Source: Azolla caroliniana (taxonomy: Eukaryota; Plantae; Polypodiophyta). Taken from it: a DNA stretch of 64,000 nucleotides. Both the position numbers and the translations under genes were made by a program. The notes beneath the pieces are model-generated. The model did not search any database. It was not told the DNA's origin and was given only the letters and a program-made list of their open reading frames with translations. Positions 63,941 to 64,000 of this stretch are shown here, piece after piece; the stretch's first letter is position 1, and every line of letters begins with the position of its first letter. Location of the stretch: positions 9,610,001 through 9,674,000 of the forward strand of contig JBHGNT010000015.1 in the NCBI GenBank assembly GCA_043228905.1. The letters are read 5' to 3'.

Positions 63941-64000
63941 ATTCTCACTTGGGACAAGAGTTCCCTCTTGTTCCTTTCGTGATTTGCCGGCACCGTTAGG

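Larger units (their letters stand above)
58734..64000 (-). mobile_element. Trp-primed Gypsy family B, minus-strand copy (3' LTR 58734-59450, PPT, pol), runs out of the window
   Basis: Minus-strand GGAGGGGGCGAG next to the LTR; ACGT flank; long pol ORFs. Confidence 0.95.

Noticed and set aside
1-64000. Intact host protein-coding, rRNA or tRNA gene
   Set aside because: None recognisable; all identifiable coding sequence is transposon-derived and disrupted

Overview
Eukaryotic, gene-free, heavily nested transposon cluster. Protein motifs, tRNA primer sites and TTTAGGG fillers point to a land plant, probably a non-seed plant (inference). The background is degraded DNA-transposon-like sequence (Sola2-like transposase fragments, TAGCTAATTAGCTA palindrome arrays, 84-, 65- and 81-bp tandem arrays). 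Inserted into it are two full-length non-chromovirus Ty3/Gypsy elements (6480-16394 and 21597-31661, each with a 5-bp TSD), four Ty1/Copia elements or remnants, and several copies and solo LTRs of two tRNA-Trp-primed Gypsy families with 4-bp CG-centred TSDs. All coding regions are disrupted. Main finding: both full-length Gypsy elements lack a polypurine tract next to the 3' LTR and instead carry a conserved, structured, sense-strand mimic of the tRNA-Arg 3' end ending in CCA 2 nt before the LTR (an inverted second PBS), suggesting a non-PPT plus-strand priming mechanism. Other signals: a conserved ~900-aa extra ORF in those elements; a -1 frameshift with pseudoknot placed after the protease, antisense Pol III A/B boxes in the LTRs and NCGN target choice in the Trp-primed families; and telomere-repeat fillers at tandem-duplication junctions. 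tRNA matches come from recalled plant tRNA sequences and were not checked against a database.
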